This document shows, in pieces, positions 1 through 11,700 of a stretch of DNA of 64,000 nt. Below the pieces are notes generated by a model, which searched no databases, was not told the DNA's origin, and saw only the letters and a list, made by a program, of their open reading frames with translations. The stretch is from Eledone cirrhosa. Taxonomy: Eukaryota. Location: contig OZ024742.1 of assembly GCA_964016885.1 (NCBI GenBank), forward strand, positions 90,458,001 to 90,522,000. Reading direction: 5' to 3'. The first letter of the stretch is position 1, and each line of letters begins with the position of its first letter. The position numbers were made by a program, and so were the translations under genes.

Positions 1-420
1 TACGAGGGGGAAAAGTTGCCTTTGAGGCATCACGAATCGCATACGAGAAAGTAAAGCGGGATGTGAGGAAGGGCATTGCTGTTGCACTTCCAGACGGAGA
101 GGGTCCTCCTATGCTGCTGACATGCAGCGTCTGTGCGAGACTCTGCCTAAGCAAAGCTGGACTCGAAAGTCATCTTCGCAGTCATAAAGTAAGACCAGTG
201 GTTGACTACCAGGCTGCGATTGGAGATGCTACTCATCATGCTTGCCAAGCATGTGGTAGAGAATGTAAATCAGCAGGAGAGCTCATAGGACATGCAAAAG
301 TACATGAACTCCAACCACAGCCGGCTATTCCCAATGAATGTTTTGGTTGCTGACTCTGTGCAAGACATTTTAGATCATTGGCTGGGCTAAAAAGCCACAT
401 TCGATCGCAGCGCTGTTAGT
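1..420 (+). pseudogene. 3' end of an RTE-clade LINE ORF with three C2H2-type zinc-finger-like motifs (decayed)
   Basis: ORF 63..353 encodes CSVCARLCLSKAGLESHLRSH and CQACGRECKSAGELIGHAKVH, and a third finger (..FRSLAGLKSHIRS) follows the stop. The spacing is unlike TGEKP-linked host ZNFs. The third finger is shared with the dispersed element at ~19465-19525, and the family's (TATG)n-tailed 3' end lies at 637-686. Confidence 0.6.
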
Positions 421-557
421 TGCTATCGTGTGTGTGTGTGTATAGATATGTTTGTGTGTGCGCGTGTGTGTATATATATATGTATATTATTATTGTTGTT
501 GTTGTCGTTATTATTATTGTTGTTTTTATTATTATTATTGTTATTAATATATATGTG

Positions 558-592
<35 letters not shown>

Positions 593-636
593 GTGTGTGT
601 ATATATATATATATATATATTTTTTTTTCGTGCAAT

Positions 637-972
637 GGCCATACTCGATAACGAGGGGGCAGCCATCATGTATGTATGTATGTATGCGGCTCAGTAGTTA
701 CCGATGATATTGATCTTTTCTTCTTTTCAGATGATAGCTACTGTCGCTCAAAGAGGTGGGATTGGTTCAGTGCACAGTCTTTTCTCACTTTATACAAATC
801 TTCTAACACAGGCATTGCACGGTAGCATTAATTGATAATTATTAATAATGTTATATCGTGCAATAGCCATACCCGATAACGAGGCGGCGCCATGATGTAT
901 GTATGTATGTATGTATGTATGTATGTATGTATGTATGTATGTATGTATGTATGTATGTATGTATGTATGTAT
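637..972 (+). mobile_element. 3' fragments of an RTE-related short element ending in a (TATG)n tail
   Basis: The motif gccatacNcgataacgagg..gccatNatgtatgtatg occurs at ~638 and ~867, and the same terminus recurs at ~19565 and ~20290. Confidence 0.55.
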
Positions 973-2534
973 GACTTCTTCAGGACTAGAATGTCCTAAT
1001 GATTTCATACGAATGAAACTGTTCTACTCCTGTAGAAGTTATTTCTTATATAATAAAGTTGTCTTTACTAACTATGTATTGAGTAACTTATGTAACTGTG
1101 ACAGCTGCAGAATGAAACGTGTAAGATAGGAATTACAGAGAGCTTATGCGAAAGAAATGGTTGCGATGGTTACGCACAAATTCTAGGGAAGAGGAATCGA
1201 ATAAATTACGTGCAACTGAGTTGAAGTGAAATGATATAAGCTAGACCTGAGAAGCCATTGTTGTATCAGTAGAAAAGAAAAAGTGAGATGATAGGGCCTG
1301 ATCCACGGACATCTTTTGTCACGTGTTTTCATTAAACTTCTCAATGGCTATATTCCATAAGAGAACAACATAAGAGAGTATGCCGCGTGTGGATTTGACA
1401 ATATAGATAACGTACAGGTTGTCGTTAAAGGGTAGAACGTATTGGCAAATGAGATGTTAGTGACTGTTTCCACTGTTTCCATCATCTTTGAAATGTTGGA
1501 AAAGTGAAAGAGAGCGAGAGAAAGCGAAAGAGGTGAGGAGAAAAAGATAGATGAAAGGAGTGAAAGGGAGAGATGTGGGGAAAAAAGATAGAAGGGAGAG
1601 AAAAGAGAGAGAGAGAGAGCGAGAGAATGTGAGAGAACATGAAGAGAGAGAGAGAGAGAGTGGGGAAAAAAGATAAAGAAAGATAAAGAAATAGAGAGAG
1701 AGGTGGGGGAGAAAAATAGGGGAAGGGAAAGAGAGAGGGGCCAATACGTTGATATTAGGTGGATTCAAAGCCCTGCTCTTCGTGCGAACGCGATAGACTG
1801 TAGAGATAGCTTCTTGTAGAGGAAGATTAAAAAGTTAAGCAATCACAGTGTGTAGTTCTGGGATCAATTATTTGAGAGTAATAAAAAAAAAGTGTTGCAA
1901 ACATTTTAATTTCACCTCAAGTGATTAATTCAGAGAAGATGTAGGGAGTGATATGGTTAAATGGTTATTAATGATTGGAACAGTGAAGAGAGCAGCTGGG
2001 GTAACTGATGTATTTTCTTATAATCTGGAAAATGAATTTTGATTTTGCTATCGAAAAGTTTGATTAAATTTTTAACAAATATCGATGTAATTTATTCTTA
2101 TTTTGTTTTTAATGTGTGGCTGTTAATTAAATAAATAGACGAAAACAAAATGTTAGTTTCGTATGCCAAATAAAGTTGTTTCCCTTTATTAAAAAAACTT
2201 TAATAATATTTTCGTGTAGCCGCTCGGTATGTGCCGAGCAACGAAATGGTAGTATTGTATTTTGCCTTTCTCCTTTCTAAAGTTCGACTGATGAAATAAA
2301 CATGAGCATCGTACTGGTGTCAATGCACTCGGCATCAACCATCCAACGCTAAATAAAAGAAATCATTTTATTTTCATAAAATGTATGAAAAAAAAAGCAG
2401 TTAAATATCATGGGAGATAACTTGCACACAATTGAGATTATGTCCCTTTGATTATTTGTTTAGATTTTATTGCCCTCCGTAAATTTGACCGAAAACCTTG
2501 AAATTAAAGCGTACTTACATTCATTATTTTAATA

Positions 2535-2660
2535 AAAGGCAAAGTTAACCTCGGCGGGATTTCTACTCCTGCCGAGGTTAACTTTGCCTTTCATCCTTGT
2601 GATAAAATAAAGTACCAGTAATTCACTGGAGTAATTGCTGGCCTTGTACCATTATACACA
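2535..2660 (+). mobile_element. Meta-domain-type SINE fragment with an inverted duplication forming a 25-bp hairpin
   Basis: Arms aaaggcaaagttaacctcggcggga (2535-2559) and tcctgccgaggttaactttgccttt (2567-2591), followed by the SINE body gataaaataaagtaccagt. Confidence 0.7.
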
Positions 2661-2925
2661 TTTTTTCTTCTAACTTGGATTTTTTACCTAATTGTGTATG
2701 GTTGACGATATATCTAATCGATTGACACGTGCTATTAGAAATGCTGGGTAAATATTCTATGGCTGTTGATCGCGGATAGATAGCTATTGTTTATTTATCT
2801 ATTGTTTCTTCATAGGTGCCTTTTAATAACCCTGTTTAATTGTTTTTTTATGTGGTTGATTATGCTGATTGGGAGAGGAAATAATGTATATATTTTATCA
2901 AATGATTCTAAGGACATACTTTACC

Positions 2926-3004
<79 letters not shown>

Positions 3005-3101
3005 TATATATAGATATATATATATACTAGCAGTGTATTTCAGCGTTGCACGGGTAAGAACATTGGTAATAGCACCTCCAATGAGAAACGTTTATTTGTG
3101 A

Positions 3102-3360
3102 GTGCCTGTTAAAAACTCACGAACTGGACATGCTCACCGACATCCAGAGTTGACACTGCACTCAGTGCTCCTGTCGGAGCCCCTGCATGGACACACTGGA
3201 AGAGGAAGACCGAAGTTAACATATGTTGATGCTCTAAGGACTAACACTGGTCTTTTGGAGATGCAGAACATGGCAGCGATAATGAGGGACAGAGACCGCT
3301 GGAGAGAACTCGTCCATGGATCTCGGGAATTTTACCCGCCCTAGATAGATAGATAGATAT
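3102..3360 (+). pseudogene. 3' end of an RTE/RTEX-like LINE with a (TAGA)n tail
   Basis: Encodes GHAHRHPE..VLLSEPLHGHTGRGRPKLTYVDAL..MRDRDRWRELV, a typical RTE-type C-terminus, followed by tagatagataga. The terminal ~45 bp plus tail is duplicated at 4221-4290. Confidence 0.65.
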
Positions 3361-3487
3361 ATTTTTATGTGTATATTTATATATATGTATATGTGTATAT
3401 ATATATATATATATGTGCATATGTGTTTGTATATGTAAAGTGAAATTGTTTCTGTGCGTCTGTGTGTGTGTCCTCATGTATGCACCG

Positions 3488-4225
3488 TCAAGGAAGCACC
3501 AGAGATGTCGCAGCCACAGCGCGTGTTTGCGCATCATCAGCCACGGCATGCCCAGCCCTCCACGCAACGGGTGTTGACAGCAGATGGAGCGTCTGACCAC
3601 GGGAGCACGTCCCTCCATAAAAAGCGAAAGAGGAGGCACTCTCTTTTGTCAGAGTTGGGCCGGGGCAAGGCACAATGATTAGGTGGTAGCAGATGGCGGA
3701 TGGATCAACGCCTTCGCCACCTCTGGCCGACCTTTCAGGGACAGCTTCCTCTCGGCCCATTTCTGGGCGAGAGAGGCCACCCTGTTCATCACCTCGCTCC
3801 AGTTTTTCTCCATCTGGAGGTCCGGACCGAACCAGACCCCGAGCAATTTAACCGGTCCTTCCGTCCAGTACCCCACGACGCTGTCGGGTGACATGGACTT
3901 GCCCCTCCAGGTGCAGAGCTAACAGCCCACCGACTTTTACTGGTTTAACTTTGCTTCTGTCACTGCTTCATATTCCTTGAGAGCAGTGCCGACCATCTGG
4001 ACGTTTCCGGCGCTTGACAAGGTCCGCTCTGATTATGCGCCTGTAGACTGTGGAGTGGAAAACTGAGAGAGGCCACTTGCCCTGGTGGTCAGGGTGGCCG
4101 TGGTCTTTTGTGTGGTTTTCGCCACGAGTGACCCTCAGAAGTTTCCCCCCTATTGCGGAATTTTTGAATTTTTTGATATTTCTATCTTCTTGTTATAACC
4201 TTTTTACACGGCCAAAACCCACGCT
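3488..4225 (-). mobile_element. Tx1/L1-clade LINE fragment: inverted ORF2 piece (3488-4020, minus) joined to a plus-strand 3'UTR-like piece (4021-4225)
   Basis: The minus strand encodes WTEGPVKLLGVWFGPDLQMEKNW..KLSLKGR and ICCQHPLRGGLGMPWL, homologous to 35350-35720. The start at 4021 resembles the ORF2 end/3'UTR start (..gcctgtaga..). Confidence 0.7.
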
Positions 4226-4459
4226 GGAGAGAACTCGCCTATGGATCGCAGGAATTTTACCCGCCCTAGATAGATAGATATATTTTATGTGTATATTTAT
4301 ATATACGTATATGTGTATATATATATATATGTATATCTGTTTGTATATGTATGTATATGTATGTATATGTGTATATATGTGTGTGTATATGTATATATGT
4401 GTATATATATATATATATGTTTATATATGTGTATATATATATGTATATGTATATATATG

Positions 4460-4499
<40 letters not shown>

Positions 4500-4757
4500 G
4501 CGAAGATAAGACGTCAGCAATGACGTGTTGGTCATAATGTCGTTATGCAGACAGCCAGGCATATAGACAGATATTATAACACCCCTTTAACAACAGAAAA
4601 TTGAAAAATAAAAGCTGCAGTTAATATCTTTAGACCGCAAGGAATATATAAATGCAAGTTTGAAGTCAATCGGAGTAGAAATGTAGATTCGTATAGACTT
4701 TGCAAAAAGCAGGACATACACAGAGACAACAACAGTTTTATATATATATATATATAT

Positions 4758-5502
4758 ATATTGTTATATTTGGGGAGGGTCATATTTGCGTAATATTGCC
4801 AGAATTAATAACAGAACACACTCACTGTTTGGTTGGTTTTCGCTTCTCGCTGTCTTTTATATATATATATCTGCGATCTAACTTACTCGGTCCTCAATGT
4901 TGCCATTGACTGACCGGCGGTCAAAAATAATACAGATACAATATAGACAAACACATATATATATAGTTTACATAAATCTTTCGTTGCACATCTGCAACAT
5001 CGTCAGTGGTGTTATATTCATTGTTCCTCCTGTTGTGTTGTATGTCTACGCCATTTTTTTGTTCAGTCTGTCTATATATTTATTTATTTATTTGCTTGTT
5101 TGTTTATCTTATTTTATTTTGTCTTCTTTGCGCATGTGTTTGCGTGTGTGTATAGTGTTATGTGTGATGTGTGACTAGTGTGTATAGTGTTGTGTCTGCT
5201 GGGTGACTAGTGTGTGTTTATGTGCTTGTGTATGTATTTATTTATCTTATTTTATTTAATTTAATTTACTTATTTATTTATACTTCTCTTAGGTCAGTGT
5301 TGTTTGTTTGGGTGTTGTTGTTGTTCCACTCATTCTTTCTGTTTAGCTTTGGTCTTCTAATTTCTATTTCACTGGCCTCTCTGATTTGCCTATCTGCTGG
5401 GTCATTCCTATGTTTAGATATTATTCTAATTTCTATGTTGTCTATGTTACCGTCATGATGTTGTCTAGCATGTTCGTATAGTTCTGTCCGTATAGTACTG
5501 AC
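4758..5502 (-). repeat. Inverted pseudo-LTR (pLTR) of the PLE
   Basis: Reverse complement of 8057-8781 (end of EN coding region, 3'UTR and first 26 nt of the ORF). One visible SNP at 5137 and a complex junction at 5481-5502. Confidence 0.95.
4969..5014 (-). ncRNA. Hammerhead-like motif (inverted pLTR)
   Basis: Reverse complement of 8525-8570. Confidence 0.65.
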
Positions 5503-8261
5503 AGAACAACAACAACCACAATAATAATAATAATAGAAACGTTAACCACAGACACAGCAACAGTGACCACAGTAGTAATAACAGTAACAATACGAACAAC
5601 AACAACAACAATAACCACAGTGGTAATAATGGAAATAGTACATGTAGCAACATCAACAAAAACAAGAAACATAATAATAGTAACAACCACAATGGTAGAA
5701 ATAGCAGTAACAACAACAATAACGGTGAAGTAAACAACAATACATCTAGCAATCATAACAATAATAATATTAATGCTAAGGATAGAAACAACAACAACCA
5801 CCATGATAACAATAATAGCAACACACACAACTATGACGATAGAAATAACGACAACCCCTTAGAGAAACTATTTTTCAACCCAGCTGACAAAACATATAAG
5901 ATGGGTAATATCTATCCTACGAGGTTACCCTTTAATAAAAGAGTTTGCATACCACAACAAATAGATGACGAGACGGAGGCACAGTTCACCATAGCTAGAA
6001 ATAAGATTAGACAAGTAGTAGACAGGTACACTATGAGACAGAGCAGACCAGAGGCCCAACAACTTGGGATAAAACCTGTAGAAGGCTTGGTTAGCCTCAA
6101 GCAGCGCACAAGGGATGGTGAGGTAGTGTGTCTACCCACAGATAAGTCTGGTAGGATGTCAATAGATAGCATGCCGAACTACATCGAGGCAATGCAACCC
6201 CACATCACCAACACGAGCGAAGTTGCACAACTAACACACGATGGGAGAGAAAAAATCCTCAACGCTCACATGATGATGTGGACTGACATCCTAAAGCCAA
6301 GCAGACGCACTGCCAACAACTTCCAGGCGTCTAACAATGGCATACCACCCTTGTATGGGCTCCGCAAAGACCACAAGACAGTCGACGACCCGACAATAGG
6401 ACCACCAACAAGACCTGTATGCGGAGCTAATATAGCTAGCAACTACAGGATCTCCTACTTCCTCTCAATGGTTATACGCCCCATAATCAAGATGTCCCCA
6501 GATGTATGTGAAAGTACAGAGGACCTCCTCAGCAGAATCAGTGAGTGCAACAAAAACAGGAGCCTATCCAACTGCATAATAGGCAGCATGGATGTGGTGT
6601 CACTGTACCCATCCATTAACATTGATTTTGCTGTGAAAAGATGTGTGGAGATGATCATTGAGAGTGAGGTGGAGTTCTGCGACGTCGACACAGACGAACT
6701 GGGCCTCCTACTTAGACTTACCTACGACACTGACTACCTAGACAGCCATGACCTTAGATGTTTCTGCCCTAGTAGACCTATAAGAGGTAGACCCCCCACC
6801 ATAACCTCAATGGCTAAAAAGACTCCCATAGGAAGGTGGATTGGGTGGACCAAAGCTATACGGACCCCCCAAAACACTGATCAGGTAAGAAAAATGGTCG
6901 CACATGCAATAGGGGCTAGTATCAAAACTACCCTAAAGGGCCACATATTTAAGTTCAATGAGAAAATCTACACCCAAAATGAGGGAGCAGCCATCGGCGT
7001 CAGCATAGCTGGCGATGTTGCCAACCTTTTCATGGTATGGTGGGAAAGGAGACTTAAAGATCTCCTTAATGAAAGCTCCATAGACCTCATCATGTACTCT
7101 CGTTATGTAGACGATATCAATATAGTTATAAGAACACCCCCACTAGAGAGCACTAACAAGTTTGATTTAGAACGTAGCACGATGGAAAGCATCCAGCAGA
7201 TAGCTAATTCCATACACCAGAGTATAACTGTAACTATAGACTTCCCTTCCAAACACCCTAACAATAGACTACCTGTATTAGACACAGAACTCTGGATTAA
7301 CACTATAGACGAGAGAGCCCAAATTCTCCACTCACACTATGCTAAACCCATGGCCTCCAAATACCTGATACTCAAAAACTCAGCAATGTCCAGTAGTGCT
7401 AAGTTTAATATTCTGATCGCAGATTTGGTACGAGTGATGAAGAATGTGTCCAGCATGTGCGACCCAACAGAAATGGAAGGACACATCCAACACTTCATCA
7501 ACCGCATGCAGTTCTCTGGCTACAACCAAAGAGACAGAGTCAGAGTATACGAAGGAGCCATGGAAAAGTATAAGACCCTCATAGAACTGGACATGAAAGG
7601 AATTTGCCCACTATACAGGAGCAAATCATGGAATAGCTTAGATAGGGCTAGACATAAGATAGGGAAGGCCACATCATGGTACGACAACCAGAGATATCAG
7701 AGTGTCATGTTTGTGGACGCCACCCCTGGAGGGAAATTAGCTAACCAGTGTAGAAAGGCCCTGAGAAAGACCCACTTAAAAATAAAGGTGGTAGAAAAGC
7801 CAGGAACCACCATAAAATCCCTGATCAGCAAAACCTACCCTTTTAAGAAAACCCACTGTACCAATAGGAAATGTATCATATGTAAGGTGAACCCCCGGAT
7901 AAACTGTAAAACTAGAAACGTAGTCTATAGCATAAGATGTACAGAGGGTACTTGCAGAAACACGACAACAACATACATAGGTGAGACAGCTCGTAGCATA
8001 GGTGAAAGGATAGACCAACACTGGGGGGAACTAAAAGGACGAAAAAACGGGTCAGTACTATACGAACATGCTAGACAACATCATGACGGTAACATAGACA
8101 ACATAGAAATTAGAATAATATCTAAACATAGGAATGACCCAGCAGATAGGCAAATCAGAGAGGCCAGTGAAATAGAAATTAGAAGACCAAAGCTAAACAG
8201 AAAGAATGAGTGGAACAACAACAACACCCAAACAAACAACACTGACCTAAGAGAAGTATAA
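5500..8261 (+). pseudogene. 5'-truncated PLE ORF copy (RT + GIY-YIG still open; 786 aa from the internal Met at 5901)
   Basis: Matches 9624-12385 except for visible differences at 5583 (A vs G) and 7990 (C vs T; GETARS vs GETVRS). Confidence 0.92.
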
Positions 8262-8524
8262 ATAAATAAGTAAATTAAATTAAATAAAATAAGATAAATA
8301 AATACATACACAAGCACATAAACACACACTAGTCACCCAGCAGACACAACACTATACACACTAGTCACACATCACACATAACACTATACACACACGCAAA
8401 CGCATGCGCAAAGAAGACAAAATAAAATAAGATAAACAAACAAGCAAATAAATAAATAAATATATAGACAGACTGAACAAAAAAATGGCGTAGACATACA
8501 ACACAACAGGAGGAACAATGAATA

Positions 8525-8570
8525 TAACACCACTGACGATGTTGCAGATGTGCAACGAAAGATTTATGTA
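8525..8570 (+). ncRNA. Minimal hammerhead-ribozyme-like motif in the PLE pLTR
   Basis: CTGACGA (8533-8539), T, stem II GTTGCA/gatg/TGCAAC, GAAA (8557-8560), then self-complementary AGATTT and A. Stem I is only ~2 bp (CA/TG). PLE pLTRs are known to carry minimal HHRs. Confidence 0.65.
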
Positions 8571-8625
8571 AACTATATATATATGTGTTTGTCTATATTG
8601 TATCTGTATTATTTTTGACCGCCGG

Positions 8626-8658
8626 TCAGTCAATGGCAACATTGAGGACCGAGTAAGT
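8626..8658 (+). promoter_or_regulatory. Putative PLE initiator (TCAGTC), upstream ATG and 5' splice donor (GA|GTAAGT) in the pLTR
   Basis: TCAGTC at 8626-8631 matches Inr TCAGTY, ATG at 8633, GTAAGT at 8653-8658. PLE pLTRs are known to hold the promoter and often an intron. Confidence 0.4.
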
Positions 8659-8755
8659 TAGATCGCAGATATATATATATAAAAGACAGCGAGAAGCGAA
8701 AACCAACCAAACAGTGAGTGTGTTCTGTTATTAATTCTGGCAATATTACGCAAAT

Positions 8756-11700
8756 ATGACCCTCCCCAAATATAACAATATCTGTTTCGACACACGATTT
8801 CATATAAAAAACCTCGCAAAACTAATTCATCGCCGCTATGGCATTAGCTTGTGCCAAGCTGAAAGGTTATTGAAAGACACTGTTTTCTGTTATATAAAAA
8901 CTACAATAACAACAGAACAAATCCGCTTCTTAAAACACTGTGTTTCCTCCAAAACATACACAACAAACATATCAAAACAAGTAAATAATTTATTATTGAA
9001 CAAAACACAAGCTGAACGGCTAAAACACACAATAACAGTTAATATGAAAAGAACAACATACACAAAAGTCAACGCACTCTACAGACAAAAACGCATCAAC
9101 GGTAAGGAAATCCGAAATCTCATCACAGCAAACGAGAGAGATGACTTCATGAGCGTCATCCGACGCGAAACGAAATATGCTCAAAACGAATGCTGTAGGC
9201 ATTTCAAGAAGAAATTAGAATGGATGAATAAGAAAAAACTACAAGAAAGGAAAATCGAATATTCTCAAAAATACCCAGATAACATCGACAACATCCGTAT
9301 GAGTGATGTAAAACTACCGGAAGAATTTACCAATGACCACACAGTAAATATCTATGGGAACACTTTAATCAGTGAACAAGAACAACAAATCCTAAAGTTA
9401 CCACCAAAATTTGCCATCTACAAAAAGATTAATCCTATGGAATGCAAAACGGAGCTGGAAAAGTGTTTCACAAAAATACGTTGGAATGCAAAGGTAAACA
9501 ACAACAACAATAATAACGGTAGTAGTAATATAAACAATAACTCTGGGTATAGAAATAACAGCCATAACCATAACAATGGCAGGAAAGTGAGAAATAGTGA
9601 TAATGGTAATAATACTAGCGATAGACAGAACAACAACAACCACAATAATAATAATAATAGAAACGTTAACCACAGACACAGCAACAGTGACCACAGTAGT
9701 AATAACGGTAACAATACGAACAACAACAACAACAATAACCACAGTGGTAATAATGGAAATAGTACATGTAGCAACATCAACAAAAACAAGAAACATAATA
9801 ATAGTAACAACCACAATGGTAGAAATAGCAGTAACAACAACAATAACGGTGAAGTAAACAACAATACATCTAGCAATCATAACAATAATAATATTAATGC
9901 TAAGGATAGAAACAACAACAACCACCATGATAACAATAATAGCAACACACACAACTATGACGATAGAAATAACGACAACCCCTTAGAGAAACTATTTTTC
10001 AACCCAGCTGACAAAACATATAAGATGGGTAATATCTATCCTACGAGGTTACCCTTTAATAAAAGAGTTTGCATACCACAACAAATAGATGACGAGACGG
10101 AGGCACAGTTCACCATAGCTAGAAATAAGATTAGACAAGTAGTAGACAGGTACACTATGAGACAGAGCAGACCAGAGGCCCAACAACTTGGGATAAAACC
10201 TGTAGAAGGCTTGGTTAGCCTCAAGCAGCGCACAAGGGATGGTGAGGTAGTGTGTCTACCCACAGATAAGTCTGGTAGGATGTCAATAGATAGCATGCCG
10301 AACTACATCGAGGCAATGCAACCCCACATCACCAACACGAGCGAAGTTGCACAACTAACACACGATGGGAGAGAAAAAATCCTCAACGCTCACATGATGA
10401 TGTGGACTGACATCCTAAAGCCAAGCAGACGCACTGCCAACAACTTCCAGGCGTCTAACAATGGCATACCACCCTTGTATGGGCTCCGCAAAGACCACAA
10501 GACAGTCGACGACCCGACAATAGGACCACCAACAAGACCTGTATGCGGAGCTAATATAGCTAGCAACTACAGGATCTCCTACTTCCTCTCAATGGTTATA
10601 CGCCCCATAATCAAGATGTCCCCAGATGTATGTGAAAGTACAGAGGACCTCCTCAGCAGAATCAGTGAGTGCAACAAAAACAGGAGCCTATCCAACTGCA
10701 TAATAGGCAGCATGGATGTGGTGTCACTGTACCCATCCATTAACATTGATTTTGCTGTGAAAAGATGTGTGGAGATGATCATTGAGAGTGAGGTGGAGTT
10801 CTGCGACGTCGACACAGACGAACTGGGCCTCCTACTTAGACTTACCTACGACACTGACTACCTAGACAGCCATGACCTTAGATGTTTCTGCCCTAGTAGA
10901 CCTATAAGAGGTAGACCCCCCACCATAACCTCAATGGCTAAAAAGACTCCCATAGGAAGGTGGATTGGGTGGACCAAAGCTATACGGACCCCCCAAAACA
11001 CTGATCAGGTAAGAAAAATGGTCGCACATGCAATAGGGGCTAGTATCAAAACTACCCTAAAGGGCCACATATTTAAGTTCAATGAGAAAATCTACACCCA
11101 AAATGAGGGAGCAGCCATCGGCGTCAGCATAGCTGGCGATGTTGCCAACCTTTTCATGGTATGGTGGGAAAGGAGACTTAAAGATCTCCTTAATGAAAGC
11201 TCCATAGACCTCATCATGTACTCTCGTTATGTAGACGATATCAATATAGTTATAAGAACACCCCCACTAGAGAGCACTAACAAGTTTGATTTAGAACGTA
11301 GCACGATGGAAAGCATCCAGCAGATAGCTAATTCCATACACCAGAGTATAACTGTAACTATAGACTTCCCTTCCAAACACCCTAACAATAGACTACCTGT
11401 ATTAGACACAGAACTCTGGATTAACACTATAGACGAGAGAGCCCAAATTCTCCACTCACACTATGCTAAACCCATGGCCTCCAAATACCTGATACTCAAA
11501 AACTCAGCAATGTCCAGTAGTGCTAAGTTTAATATTCTGATCGCAGATTTGGTACGAGTGATGAAGAATGTGTCCAGCATGTGCGACCCAACAGAAATGG
11601 AAGGACACATCCAACACTTCATCAACCGCATGCAGTTCTCTGGCTACAACCAAAGAGACAGAGTCAGAGTATACGAAGGAGCCATGGAAAAGTATAAGAC

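Noticed and set aside
63-353. Host C2H2 zinc-finger gene
   Set aside because: No TGEKP linkers, a stop inside the third finger, and homology to a dispersed repeat with a (TATG)n tail point to an RTE LINE C-terminus.
2288-2300. ctgatgaaa as a hammerhead core
   Set aside because: No stem II or downstream GAAA geometry; it lies in a decayed SINE-like segment.
9398-9952. Hydrophobic poly-Val/Ile/Leu ORFs antisense to the PLE (apparent membrane proteins)
   Set aside because: They are shadow frames of the (AAY)n Asn-rich tract.
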